Assembly (NCBI GenBank): GCA_045603745.1
Contig: JAZUMQ010000052.1
Span: forward strand, 19,280-83,279
DNA from: Eubacteriales bacterium
GTDB taxonomy: Bacteria; Bacillota; Clostridia; Oscillospirales; UBA644
Direction of reading: 5' to 3'
Length of the DNA: 64,000 bases
Position 1 is the first letter of the stretch. Each line of letters starts with the position of its first letter. This document shows, piece by piece, positions 1-9,812 of this stretch. Position numbers and translations under genes: made by a program. The notes under the pieces were generated by a model. It was not told the DNA's origin. It saw only the letters and a list, made by a program, of their open reading frames with translations, and did not search any database.

Positions 1-840
1 CTTTATAATCCGAGAAAAGATCGTATCACAAAGTAGTTTTGCAGAAAGGACAATAGGAATTACAGACAACAGAAATAATATAAAATTTTGCAAATAGAAA
101 AATGATACAAAACCCACTAAAATGCTGAAAAAAATCAAAAACGGAAAATAGAATTTATTCTTTTTTTCCGTCAACAAGTAGTTTCCAATCTGCTTGTTTA
201 TATCTTTTGTGGATTTCCGGGCTTCTTTCAGAAGATCAACGGCAATTTCTCGCTCCGGTTTCCCTTTCTTTTTTGCAAGTTTACTTAATTTGATACGATA
301 TAAGTTTTTGGAAGATTCGTCTAAACAAGGATAAATTTCGTCACGATTCAGAACCTCTTCCGTCTTGGATAGGGTATCTGCCATCTGAGAACAATCATAA
401 GAATTCAGGACATGGAGAGAATGGATTATATCTTTAACATGGGAATCGGGGCGCATCATTTCCCGTTCCAAAAAACAAAGACAACAATATTCCATTATTG
501 GGATAAGACAAGAAATTTCAGCATAGGACAAATTCCTACGATGAGAAAGTTTTCTCAAAAAAACGGTAACCGTCTCTTCTGTTAACATATAATTTGTAAT
601 TTCGCAAAAATCCTGTAGCTCCTCTAAAATCAAAGGAATCCCGGATTCCGAAAAGGGACATTCCGAAAATTCCTTTTTTACGTTCAAAATATTTAAACAA
701 CAACTGCGAATTAGGTGACGGTTGTCAGAGATTTCCTTTTTAGTAAGAGAATTTTCTATAGATTCACGTTTTTTTATTACGATTGAGTAATATAATTTAC
801 GTACTTCTTGTTCCAATTTCTTTCCACCGTAATTTCTCAT
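1..840 (-). CDS. N-terminal part of a probable cyclic beta-1,2-glucan synthase / GH94-like large protein (runs off the window edge)
   Basis: Open frame read manually from ATG at 840 with a GGAGGAG SD. It is absent from the ORF track because there is no stop in the window. Segment LSKTEEVLNRDEIYPCLDESSKNLYRIKLSKLAKK resembles the NdvB/Cgs N-terminal region, followed by a hydrophobic stretch. Confidence 0.55.
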   Translation of the reverse strand, partial: MRNYGGKKLEQEVRKLYYSIVIKKRESIENSLTKKEISDNRHLIRSCCLNILNVKKEFSECPFSESGIPLILEELQDFCEITNYMLTEETVTVFLRKLSHRRNLSYAEISCLIPIMEYCCLCFLEREMMRPDSHVKDIIHSLHVLNSYDCSQMADTLSKTEEVLNRDEIYPCLDESSKNLYRIKLSKLAKKKGKPEREIAVDLLKEARKSTKDINKQIGNYLLTEKKNKFYFPFLIFFSILVGFVSFFYLQNFILFLLSVIPIVLSAKLLCDTIFSRIIK

Positions 841-934
841 ATTCTCCTCCTGTATACACAAAAATTCGTTTTAACAGTTTTTCCGAAAAAAAGGCAAATA
901 TGCGAATTTCGTAGGAACTTGTAAGATTAAACAC

Positions 935-963
935 TTGACACGTATGCAAATTTATAGTATAAT
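935..963 (+). promoter_or_regulatory. sigma70/A consensus promoter
   Basis: TTGACA-17 bp-TATAAT upstream of the 1007 CDS. Confidence 0.75.
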
Positions 964-1006
964 ATTATAGTATATATGCAAAGAAAAACAAAGGAGCAAC
1001 CGCTAT

Positions 1007-3445
1007 ATGCCGAAAAGCATTTTCGTTGACCCGAAAGAGGTGCGGAAAAAGGGAATGATTCAAATTGATGATATTCCCATGAATCAATATTCCGAAACAC
1101 TCCAGATGTCCCGCGCTCGGTTTTCTGACGAAGAACTCCTCGGGATTTTTCGCGATATGTATTTAATTCGAGTATTTGAGTCGTTGTTGTTCGACGTCAA
1201 AAAATTCGGAAAATATAAAGATATTTCCTTCACCTACGACGGTCCGTTGCACCTTTCTTTAGGACAAGAAGCGGCTGCCGTGGGACAGGCATTTTTACTT
1301 TCCGCAGAAGATTTGGTCTTCGGATCCCATCGAAGCCACGGAGAAGTTCTCGCAAAAGGGCTGTCCGCAATCCGAAAACTTTCCAGCGATGAATTAACTC
1401 AAGTTATGGAAGAGTACGATAACGGAACAATCCGTGACATTGTTTTTTTAGAATCTTCCGACGTTAAATCATTGGCAGAAGATTTTTTAATTTACGGCAC
1501 GCTTGCTGAAATTCTTGCCTGTCCTACAGGATTTCAACAAGGACTTTCAGGCTCTATGCACGCCTTTTTCCCACCCTTTGGAATGTACCCGAACAATGCG
1601 ATTGTCGGTGCATCTGCTTCTATTGCAGTAGGGGCCGCTTTGTATAAAAAAACAAATAAAAAACCCGGCATCGTTCTTTCCAACGTAGGAGATGGTGCAT
1701 TGGGACGCGGTCCGGTCTGGGAAGCAATGAACTTCGCAGCAATGGATCAATTCGATACCCTTTGGGAGGAATCTTATCGGGGCGGTCTTCCGATTATCTT
1801 TAATTTCTTTAATAATTTTTACGGTATGGGTGGTCAAACGGTGGGCGAAACCATGGCGTATCGGCACTTGGCGCGCATAGGTGCCGGGATCTCCCCTTCG
1901 TCCCTTCATGCCGAGCGCGTCGACGGAAGCAACCCTCTGGCGGTCATTGATGCGATGGAACGCAAAATTGCACTGTTAAACGAAGGAAAGGGACCGGCAC
2001 TGCTGGACGTGGTTACCTACAGAATTTCTCCCCATTCCGCATCGGATCATGAATCTTATCGAACAAAGGAAGAAGTTCTTACGTGGATTGAACAAGATCC
2101 CATTACGGCGTTCCATCGTGAGCTTGTCAACGTAGGAGTCGCAACGGAAGAACGGATTGGGCAAATGATTGAATCCATCGATCAAAAAATTTATCGAATT
2201 TTCAAACTTTGTGCCGATCCGAAAATCACGCCACGTCAAACAGTTGACGCCGACAGAAAAATTGAAGAATACATTTATTCCAACAAAAAAATACCTTCTT
2301 TCGGAAAAGAGGATTGTGAAGTCTTATTACCGATGGAAGAAAATCCTCGCGTACAAGCAATTGCAAAAAAATCCCGAAAACAAACGGATTCTGAAAAGGG
2401 AATTGAATTACGAGATGCGATTTTTGAAGCAATTTTCTCTAAATTTTACGAAGATTCTACTCTCATCGCCTATGGAGAGGAAGTCCGAGATTGGGGCGGT
2501 CCTTACGGAGTTTATGAAGGTCTGACCGAAGCTCTCCCCTACCATCGATTCTTTAATTCTCCTATATCCGAATCGGCAATCGTTGCAACTGCCACTGGGT
2601 ACGCCATGGCAGGCGGCAGGGCGGTTGTGGAACTTCCTTTTTGTGATTTTCTCGGTTGCGCCGGTGACGAAATTTTCAATCAACTTTCCAAATGGCAGTT
2701 CATGAGTGCCGGTCATCTGAAAATGCCGGTGGTTCTTCGGATTGCAATAGGATCGTTATACGGCACACAACACGCCCAGGACTTCACTGCAATGACCGCC
2801 CACGTTCCCGGACTTAAGGTCGTTTTCCCTGCAACACCTTATGACGCAAAGGGACTTTTAACTGCAGCACTAAATGGCACAGACCCTGTAATCATGTTTG
2901 AATCTCAAAATCTTTATGGCATAGGAGAACAATTCCGCCCCGAAGGTGTTCCGAGGGAATCGTATGAATTACCTATCGGCGTTCCGGATATAAAGCGAGA
3001 AGGAAGCGATCTAACCATATTGACCATAGGTTCAGCCCTCTATACAGCCATTGAAGCCGCAAATCAATTAGAACAGTATGGCATTTCAGCAGAAATTATT
3101 GATGCACGATCCCTGGTTCCGTTCGACTATGAGGTTGTCCTGGAATCAATACAAAAAACCGGGAGATTACTTCTCGTTGGAAATGAAGTAGAACGAGGTG
3201 CATTTTTAAAAGATCTTGCGCAAAACATAACGGAACTTGGATTTGATTACCTGCATTGCGCACCGGTGGTCTACGGTTGCCGTAACTGGATTGCTCCTAC
3301 GACAGACATTAGTAAAAATTTCTTCCCGGACGCAAATGGAATTATCGACATAATTCATCAGAAACTATTGCCGATTCCTTGCTATATTCCAAAAACAACA
3401 CTTCCCCCGGAAGAAAAAATGCGACGACTCAAAAAAGGACTATAA
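1007..3445 (+). CDS. TPP-dependent 2-oxoacid/acetoin dehydrogenase E1, fused alpha+beta subunits
   Basis: HLSLGQEA, GSHRSHG, GDGA...NN TPP motif; beta-part GEEV, PISE, HAQD and transketolase C-terminal motifs. Confidence 0.9.
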   Translation: MPKSIFVDPKEVRKKGMIQIDDIPMNQYSETLQMSRARFSDEELLGIFRDMYLIRVFESLLFDVKKFGKYKDISFTYDGPLHLSLGQEAAAVGQAFLLSAEDLVFGSHRSHGEVLAKGLSAIRKLSSDELTQVMEEYDNGTIRDIVFLESSDVKSLAEDFLIYGTLAEILACPTGFQQGLSGSMHAFFPPFGMYPNNAIVGASASIAVGAALYKKTNKKPGIVLSNVGDGALGRGPVWEAMNFAAMDQFDTLWEESYRGGLPIIFNFFNNFYGMGGQTVGETMAYRHLARIGAGISPSSLHAERVDGSNPLAVIDAMERKIALLNEGKGPALLDVVTYRISPHSASDHESYRTKEEVLTWIEQDPITAFHRELVNVGVATEERIGQMIESIDQKIYRIFKLCADPKITPRQTVDADRKIEEYIYSNKKIPSFGKEDCEVLLPMEENPRVQAIAKKSRKQTDSEKGIELRDAIFEAIFSKFYEDSTLIAYGEEVRDWGGPYGVYEGLTEALPYHRFFNSPISESAIVATATGYAMAGGRAVVELPFCDFLGCAGDEIFNQLSKWQFMSAGHLKMPVVLRIAIGSLYGTQHAQDFTAMTAHVPGLKVVFPATPYDAKGLLTAALNGTDPVIMFESQNLYGIGEQFRPEGVPRESYELPIGVPDIKREGSDLTILTIGSALYTAIEAANQLEQYGISAEIIDARSLVPFDYEVVLESIQKTGRLLLVGNEVERGAFLKDLAQNITELGFDYLHCAPVVYGCRNWIAPTTDISKNFFPDANGIIDIIHQKLLPIPCYIPKTTLPPEEKMRRLKKGL

Positions 3446-3450
3446 AGAAA

Positions 3451-3495
3451 GGTTCTATAATAAACGTTGAAAGCATCAATGTTTATTATAGAACC
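3451..3495 (+). terminator. long inverted repeat, terminator of the E1 gene
   Basis: GGTTCTATAATAAAC...GTTTATTATAGAACC followed by a T-run. Confidence 0.7.
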
Positions 3496-3537
3496 GATTT
3501 TTTATAAAAACCCCTCTTAATAGAGGGGTAAGGTTAT

Positions 3538-3582
3538 TGGTCGAAGTGCGGAGACTTGAACTCCGTGCCTCCTGGTCCCAAA
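3538..3582 (-). pseudogene. 3' half of split host tRNA-Pro(UGG); left attachment junction
   Basis: Reverse complement TTTGGGA-CCAGG-AGGCA-CGGAG-TTCAAGT-CTCCG-CACTTCG-ACCA: anticodon loop, T-arm and CCA. A terminator hairpin follows at ~3506-3530. Confidence 0.9.
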
Positions 3583-3696
3583 GGCTTTAGAACTCCTTGT
3601 TTCTACTGCTTTCGCATCATTTCTAATGCGTTCTGATTATTTTTAGACCCTCTCCTGACCTCTCGTGCCCACTGTTTCCGTGTACTCCGTGCGTCA

Positions 3697-3718
3697 AAGT
3701 GGGATTAACTGTGGTCAA
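3697..3718 (+). repeat. integrase arm-type site (left), direct repeat of 33380-33401
   Basis: AAGTGGGATTAACTGTGGTCAA vs AAGTGGGACAAACTGTGGTCAA (20/22 identical). Confidence 0.7.
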
Positions 3719-3719
3719 C

Positions 3720-3804
3720 AAAAAATGCCCCACGAAACAAAAGTTTCGCGGGGACCCCGTGTTCTCCCCCGAAACGATGATTTTCATCTCGGGGGAGTTT
3801 TGTC
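3720..3804 (-). ncRNA. candidate ~85 nt small RNA
   Basis: Minus-strand TTGACA-17-TAACAT promoter (3839-3811), two GC-rich hairpins and a U-tail; no ORF. Confidence 0.45.
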
Positions 3805-3916
3805 GTCTGTATGTTAACTCTGAATCAGGAATTTGTCAAGGCCTTTCGAGATTGTTCCGATTTTTGCTACAATCCGATCATTTCCATGTGCGCTAACAGG
3901 TTAGCCCATATGGATA

Positions 3917-3945
3917 TCAACAGTTGCACCGCAGTAGACAAAGAA
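3917..3945 (+). repeat. 29-bp module-boundary site, copy 1
   Basis: TCAACAGTTGCACCGCAGTAGACAAAGAA. Confidence 0.85.
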
Positions 3946-3977
3946 TAGACTTCACAGAAATGATCGAGTTTACTTTA

Positions 3978-4200
3978 TTGACAAAATACGGAAAATCTGT
4001 TATAATGAATATAAGTAAATAGTGACTTTAAGCTTTGGGATACTTACTTCGAAACTGACAGGCTCGTGGTAACTTCCGGCGGAAACGTTCTTATGGTCAC
4101 AGACTCGTCAAACGAGATTATGTCGTTATTTTTGCGTCTGTGATCATTTTATCGCAGACGCTCTTTTTGTCCTATTTGCTAATTTGAAATAGGAGGAAAC
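3978..4200 (+). promoter_or_regulatory. promoter plus attenuator-like 5' leader of the MATE gene
   Basis: TTGACA-17-TATAAT (3978-4006); terminator hairpin 4134-4168; alternative pairing strand 4095-4104; RBS-sequestering stem 4170-4194. Confidence 0.65.
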
Positions 4201-4204
4201 TGAT

Positions 4205-5530
4205 ATGTTTTCCAAACTCAAACTGTCGCTTGGCAGAATCAACTACAAGCTATTTCTCGCGCTTCTCGTTCTTGGGCTCGCGCCAACCGTTTACACCACC
4301 GTGCGCGTCTTCTTCCTCGGGCAGCTTCCCGGCGAATGGTCCTTTTCCATCGCAGGTCAGCTCTCTTGGGTGAACCTCATTTACGAGATCATAAACGAAG
4401 CCATCATCCTGCCGTTGTTCTACTTTATCGGCAAGGTCAAGGATGACAAGAGCGCTTTCTCAAACCGCGTGCGAACCGGTATGCTCCTCTCCCTCGGCAT
4501 CTATGCCATCCTTTCTGCCGTCATTATGATCTTCGCAGAACCGCTTCTCAACCTGATGGCAACCGATACGAGCATCATTGACGCTTCCGCATCCTACATA
4601 CGCATCGAGAGCATTGCAAACGTCTTCTCCATCCTCACGCAGTTTGCCCTCGTTGCTCTGGTAACGGTCAATAAGAGCAAATATCTTTACGCTCTCACGG
4701 TCGCAAAACTCGTGCTGTGCCTTGTGTCCGACACCTTCCTTGTTTCCACCTTGCCCATCTCCGCAAACCTCGGCGTAAACGGAATCGGTTATTCCAACAT
4801 CATCGTCAACGCTCTGCTTCTCGCCGTATCGCTGATGCTTCTTTCAAAAGAGAGCATCAAGGTGTTTGCAAAAGCCAAGCTCGATTTCGCTTGGACGAAG
4901 GAATTTGTCAAGATCGGCGGGATCTCAGGCGTGGAATCCCTCGTTCGCAACGTGGCATATATGGTAATGATCTCCCGTATGGTCAACGTCGTGGGCGAGC
5001 AAGGAACCTATTGGGTGGCAAACAACTTCATCTGGGGCTGGCTTCTTTTGCCCGTCCTGCAGCTCGGTGAGCTCATCAAGCAGGAAACCGCCACCGACAA
5101 GGAAAACGTTCGCAAAAACACGCTTGGCTACTTCGGCATCACAGCTATCGTTTCGGTTCTGTGGTGCGCGAGCATCCCTCTCTGGAAGCCCTTTATGACA
5201 AGCGTCCTGCAGTTTACCGACGTGGATAAGCTCTTTGAGCTGGTGCTCGTTCTCCTCGGCTTCTACGTTTTGTACGCCATCCAGAACGTCTTCGATTCGG
5301 TCTTCTACGGGCTCGGAAAGACGAACTATATGCTGTTCGAATCCGTGGTAACGAACACGATCTATTACGGCATTGCCTTCGTCCTTTACGTTACGGGCGT
5401 GTGGACGCCGACGCTCATCGGCATCGCTCTCCTCTTCGGCATCGGCAACGCCTTCGATAGCATCGTCTCCCTCGGCGCATTCGCATTCCTTCTCAAAAAA
5501 GAAAAGATCAACATTCTGAACGTCGAATAA
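4205..5530 (+). CDS. MATE-family efflux transporter
   Basis: 441 aa, about 12 hydrophobic segments, MATE-like FAEPLL..M....A.SYIRI pattern; strong AGGAGG SD. Confidence 0.75.
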   Translation: MFSKLKLSLGRINYKLFLALLVLGLAPTVYTTVRVFFLGQLPGEWSFSIAGQLSWVNLIYEIINEAIILPLFYFIGKVKDDKSAFSNRVRTGMLLSLGIYAILSAVIMIFAEPLLNLMATDTSIIDASASYIRIESIANVFSILTQFALVALVTVNKSKYLYALTVAKLVLCLVSDTFLVSTLPISANLGVNGIGYSNIIVNALLLAVSLMLLSKESIKVFAKAKLDFAWTKEFVKIGGISGVESLVRNVAYMVMISRMVNVVGEQGTYWVANNFIWGWLLLPVLQLGELIKQETATDKENVRKNTLGYFGITAIVSVLWCASIPLWKPFMTSVLQFTDVDKLFELVLVLLGFYVLYAIQNVFDSVFYGLGKTNYMLFESVVTNTIYYGIAFVLYVTGVWTPTLIGIALLFGIGNAFDSIVSLGAFAFLLKKEKINILNVE

Positions 5531-5583
5531 CCTTTATCCGCTGAGGAACACCTAATCCTCAGCGTATTATTTTATGTGCGCCG

Positions 5584-5612
5584 TCAACCGTTGCCCCGCA
5601 GTATACAAAGAA
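5584..5612 (+). repeat. 29-bp module-boundary site, copy 2
   Basis: TCAACCGTTGCCCCGCAGTATACAAAGAA. Confidence 0.85.
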
Positions 5613-5822
5613 AATCCGCAATCATTTCCATCATCAAGGCGCAGATGCATTAGCACACACATAATGGAAATAATCGTACCGAAATACTGTGACGAAAAAA
5701 CGAAAAATGCTGAAATCGTAGGATTTCTCCGTCGAAATCTATTGTAATTTGCCACAATTTGTGCTATAATGAATCTATGCTATAATGCTATGATTATATT
5801 TTAATTTATGAGGTATCATACA

Positions 5823-6041
5823 ATGGCTGCAAGCTATAAGAAATTGTTTAAACTTCTGATCGACCGCGATATGAAAAAGAAGGATCTTGCAAAGAAAGCA
5901 GACATTAGCATCGCCACTATTACTAAAATGGGAAAAGACGGCGCCGTTGTCAGCAGTGATGTTCTTGTAAAGATATGTACAGCTCTCGGTTGCACGATGG
6001 ATGATATTGTAGAAATCATACCCGAGAAGGAGGAAAACTGA
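5823..6041 (+). CDS. Xre/Cro-C1 HTH regulator (possible R-M controller)
   Basis: SYKKLFKLLIDRDMKKKDL...LVKICTALGC HTH pattern; directly precedes an MTase. Confidence 0.85.
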   Translation: MAASYKKLFKLLIDRDMKKKDLAKKADISIATITKMGKDGAVVSSDVLVKICTALGCTMDDIVEIIPEKEEN

Positions 6042-6042
6042 A

Positions 6043-7110
6043 ATGGAAACATTTAAGTTAGGCGAACTGTTCTGCGGCCCCGGTGGAATTGCGTGCGGAG
6101 CTCTAAGGGCAAAAAGCGATGACGGCTCCTTCACCATTGAGCATGCTTGGGCAAATGATTATGATGCGGATACATGCGAAACATATCGTAAGAACATCTG
6201 CCCCGAATCCCCCGAAACTGTACATTGCGGTGATGTGCGAGAATTAGATATTCAAAAGCTTGGAGAGATCACGGCCTTCTGCTATGGGTTCCCGTGCAAC
6301 AGCTTCTCTAATGTTGGTAAGCACCAAGGCTTCGAAAACGAGAAGTTTGGGCAACTCTACTGGTATGGTATCGAAGTGCTTAAAACATATCAACCCAAGT
6401 GGTTTGTTGCAGAAAATGTGTCAGGAATACGTTCTGCTGGCTCAGGTGATTTTGAAATAATCCTAAACGATATGCGTGCAGCAGGTTATAAATTGAATGT
6501 GCACCTGTACAAAGCGGAAGAATATGGCGTTCCGCAAACAAGACATAGAGTAATCATTGTTGGAATTCATGAGGATGAGTCTGTGAAATACAGAGTTCCC
6601 GATCCAGCGGTATATGCTAAGTGCGATGTAACCGCGAGAACTGCGTTGGCTAACATTCCCGAGAATGCTCCCAACAATGAAGTAAGAAAACTCGCTGATA
6701 AGGTTGTCAGAAGACTGTCATATATTAAGCCCGGTGAAAATGTATGGCAAGCAGAGGAAAGACTCGGTGAAGATTTCCCGCGCGAATTAAAGATCCATAC
6801 AAAAACCAAGATCAGTCAAATCTATCGCAAGCTTGACCCCGATAAACCAGCCTACACTGTAACAGCCGCAGGTGGTGGCGGTACGTTTATGTATCACTGG
6901 ACAGATCGAGAATTGACAAATAGAGAGAGAGCAAGAATACAAACCTTTCCCGATGATTATGAATTCGTCGGTAACTACAGCAGTGTGAGAAAACAAATTG
7001 GCATGGCTGTACCGTGCAAATTGTCTGAAGTGGTTATAACCGCTGTATTAAACAGCTTCGCAGGGATTGATTATCCTTGGATCAAAGCCAATTTGGAGGA
7101 AGATGAATGA
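6043..7110 (+). CDS. DNA (cytosine-5)-methyltransferase
   Basis: Motif I LFCGPGG, IV GFPC, VI ENV, VIII PQTRHR, IX-X RERARIQTFP / QIGMAV. Confidence 0.95.
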   Translation: METFKLGELFCGPGGIACGALRAKSDDGSFTIEHAWANDYDADTCETYRKNICPESPETVHCGDVRELDIQKLGEITAFCYGFPCNSFSNVGKHQGFENEKFGQLYWYGIEVLKTYQPKWFVAENVSGIRSAGSGDFEIILNDMRAAGYKLNVHLYKAEEYGVPQTRHRVIIVGIHEDESVKYRVPDPAVYAKCDVTARTALANIPENAPNNEVRKLADKVVRRLSYIKPGENVWQAEERLGEDFPRELKIHTKTKISQIYRKLDPDKPAYTVTAAGGGGTFMYHWTDRELTNRERARIQTFPDDYEFVGNYSSVRKQIGMAVPCKLSEVVITAVLNSFAGIDYPWIKANLEEDE

Positions 7111-8186
7111 TTCCAAAAATTGATGATATTACCGGAATCCCAACATTTATTACATCGGATTTTGATGAACCAGTTTTATATACGCCTGCGAGAACAGAGT
7201 TTTCGCGGCCTTGTTCGTCTTTGAAGATTGTTACTGCTTTTACGGATTGTGACCGTATATCTACTCATATGATCAAACTTGCGGAAGGCATGAAAAACAG
7301 CCGTCTGATTAAAGGCCTTTCGGTTGAAATCATACTTGGTATGACCAAGTCCAGCCTTTCTCAAAAGAAGCACGAAGATATCTGTCGTATGATTCGATTT
7401 CTTAATTCGTCCAAAGGAATGCCCAAAATTTCGTGCAGATATATTTGCCAAGGTCCGGAAGTGCATTCGAAAGTGTATATTTGGATATATCCGGATGAGC
7501 ATGTAGGCGACATGCCTTATATCGCTTTCTGTGGTTCTTTGAATTATACCATGAATGCTTTTTACAAGCGCAGAGAGTCTGTTAGCATGTGTAACTCTCT
7601 TGAGGCGTATTGGTACTATAAGAATCTTCTGCCCGATACAATTGATTGTTTTGATCCTTCAGTTTCTGAAAAATTGAAGAATGTTATCAACAACACCGCA
7701 GAAAATTTTGTTGAGCCGGATAACTCTGAAAAAGACTATCTTGTTTACGATAAGGAAACGCCCATCGATACGCTCAATGTTTCTCTTTTGAGAGCAGATG
7801 GCAGTGATACGGGATATGGCTCTGGTATCAACTGGGGCATCCGTAAAAACGGAACAAAGCGTGATCAGAATCAAGCCTATATTCCGTATAATCACAAAGA
7901 TAAAAAGGTAGGCTTTTTTCCGGATAGAGAAAATCCCGATGATGAAAACTGCCCGATGTTTAAGGTCATCACCAAAGATTTTGGATCTTTCCATATGCGA
8001 ATGGCACAGCAAGGAAACAAAGCCTTACACAGTGTAGAAAGTAACGCAATTTTGGGTGAATGGATTCGCAAAAGAATCGGGGCTCCTGCAGGTGGCTATG
8101 TTACCAAACAAATGTTGGAGCTCTATGGAAAGACTTATGTTACTTTCAGAAAGTATGAGGACGGTACGTATCTTTTGGATTTTTAA
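7107..8186 (+). CDS. NgoFVII-like PLD-family restriction endonuclease
   Basis: HSKVY and GSLNYT PLD motifs; C-terminal SGINWG...RDQNQAYIP; ATGA overlap with the MTase. Confidence 0.8.
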   Translation: MIPKIDDITGIPTFITSDFDEPVLYTPARTEFSRPCSSLKIVTAFTDCDRISTHMIKLAEGMKNSRLIKGLSVEIILGMTKSSLSQKKHEDICRMIRFLNSSKGMPKISCRYICQGPEVHSKVYIWIYPDEHVGDMPYIAFCGSLNYTMNAFYKRRESVSMCNSLEAYWYYKNLLPDTIDCFDPSVSEKLKNVINNTAENFVEPDNSEKDYLVYDKETPIDTLNVSLLRADGSDTGYGSGINWGIRKNGTKRDQNQAYIPYNHKDKKVGFFPDRENPDDENCPMFKVITKDFGSFHMRMAQQGNKALHSVESNAILGEWIRKRIGAPAGGYVTKQMLELYGKTYVTFRKYEDGTYLLDF

Positions 8187-8207
8187 TCGTTGAGTTGGAG
8201 AAAAATT

Positions 8208-9158
8208 ATGCCGAGTGTATGTAGTCTGTTTAGCGGAATAGGTGGAATTGACCTTGGCTTTATGCAAGCCGGGTTTGACATCGTATGGGCTAATGAAAAA
8301 GATGCCGCCGCTTGCAGAACCTATCGGCATAATTTAAAAGACTCTCCACTGGTAGAGGGTGATATTCATCAAATTCCGATTGAAAGTATCCCCAATGGGT
8401 TTGATGTTTTAACAGCGGGTTTTCCTTGCCAGCCGTTTTCCATCGCCGGCTTACAAAAAGGTTTCAAAGATAGAGATGGGAACCACTTTTTTCGAATAGC
8501 ACAGATTGTTGATATTAAACGTCCACCGATTGTATTTCTTGAAAATGTTCCTAATTTAATGGAACACGACAACGGAAAGACATTCCTCGTAATTTTTAAC
8601 GAACTAGCACAACTGGGATATTCGATATATTACCGAGTTCTTGCATCCAACGAATATGGAAACCTTCCGCAAATTAGAAAACGCATTTATATTGTTGCGA
8701 TTCGTGAAGATATGGACAATCGTCTATACCAATATCCAGAGCCGATAGAACTCACTTTGAAATCCAGCGACATTATCAATCGCTCCGTAAAGCAACATGA
8801 CATTTACTACTATACAGAAGGAAAAATGTATGATCGATTAGTTGCACACATGAAGGATCGCAAAGCAATTTACAGAATAACTGACACAGAAGTGCGCTGG
8901 ACGAAGAATCAAATGTGTCCAACCCTTACTGCAAATATGGGAACACACAAAGATAGAGTTCATGTCGTATGGGACGACTACGGAATACGAAAGATGACGT
9001 TGAGAGAAGGTCTGGACTTTCAAGGCTTTCCGAAAGAATTTTATTTTCCAAATACAATAACCATTGATGATGCGTATAAGCAAATCGGAAATACAGTTTC
9101 GGTGCCCGTAATCTCAAGACTCGCTACCAAAATCAAAGAAGTGCTTATGGGGGAATAG
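8208..9158 (+). CDS. second DNA (cytosine-5)-methyltransferase
   Basis: LFSGIGG, GFPCQPFS, ENV, PQIRKR, TLTANMG TRD, QIGNTV. Confidence 0.95.
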   Translation: MPSVCSLFSGIGGIDLGFMQAGFDIVWANEKDAAACRTYRHNLKDSPLVEGDIHQIPIESIPNGFDVLTAGFPCQPFSIAGLQKGFKDRDGNHFFRIAQIVDIKRPPIVFLENVPNLMEHDNGKTFLVIFNELAQLGYSIYYRVLASNEYGNLPQIRKRIYIVAIREDMDNRLYQYPEPIELTLKSSDIINRSVKQHDIYYYTEGKMYDRLVAHMKDRKAIYRITDTEVRWTKNQMCPTLTANMGTHKDRVHVVWDDYGIRKMTLREGLDFQGFPKEFYFPNTITIDDAYKQIGNTVSVPVISRLATKIKEVLMGE

Positions 9159-9161
9159 AGT

Positions 9162-9797
9162 ATGTGGAATAGAAACATTACTGGTTTAGATGCGGAGGGT
9201 ACTTTTAGAAGCCTTAACGGCGCCGCAGATGAAAATGTTTTTATAGGAAAAGCAAGCAAGGCAGGCTTCTTTTGCTTCTTCAAGGTGTGGCGCGATATGC
9301 CATATGATGCTGTGCTTGATTACAAACATATTCTTTACCGTGTTGAGGTTAAAGGTTCTTCATCTGGTACATATAACCTCACTCGTGGAGGCAGATCCGG
9401 CGCACAGATTGACCGTCATGCAGAAAACAGAACCCGAAGAATTGAACGAGGAGATTGTGATTTTGTTGTTTGCGTTGATAGTAAGAACGGGGATTGTTTC
9501 ATATTGCCGGTTGATATTTTGGATATAACAAATCGTCAAAATTTTGGAGCAAGGGCGCTCGAACCTTTTAAGGAAAAATGGCAGTTGTTTATTCATAACG
9601 ATGCTACTCGCCTTACCGGAGCACAAACTCGTGATGGGCTTTTAGCATTATCGTTGACGGAGCTTCAATCTATTGCAACTCGCATTGGGGCAATTGTGCC
9701 TGCAGGAGATTTTCGACCCAAGGGCACAACAGGGCTCAGAATAAGCGATGAAAAAGAAAAAACAATACTTGCGATTTGGTACAAACTTTGTGAATAA
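9162..9797 (+). CDS. PD-(D/E)XK-type endonuclease, possible partner of the second MTase
   Basis: PYDAV...RVEVKG catalytic pattern; 3 bp downstream of the MTase. Confidence 0.6.
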   Translation: MWNRNITGLDAEGTFRSLNGAADENVFIGKASKAGFFCFFKVWRDMPYDAVLDYKHILYRVEVKGSSSGTYNLTRGGRSGAQIDRHAENRTRRIERGDCDFVVCVDSKNGDCFILPVDILDITNRQNFGARALEPFKEKWQLFIHNDATRLTGAQTRDGLLALSLTELQSIATRIGAIVPAGDFRPKGTTGLRISDEKEKTILAIWYKLCE

Positions 9798-9812
9798 GAA
9801 AGGAATATAAAA

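Noticed and set aside
4060..4170. T-box riboswitch in the MATE leader
   Set aside because: No GGTGGNACC T-box sequence or recognisable stem I.
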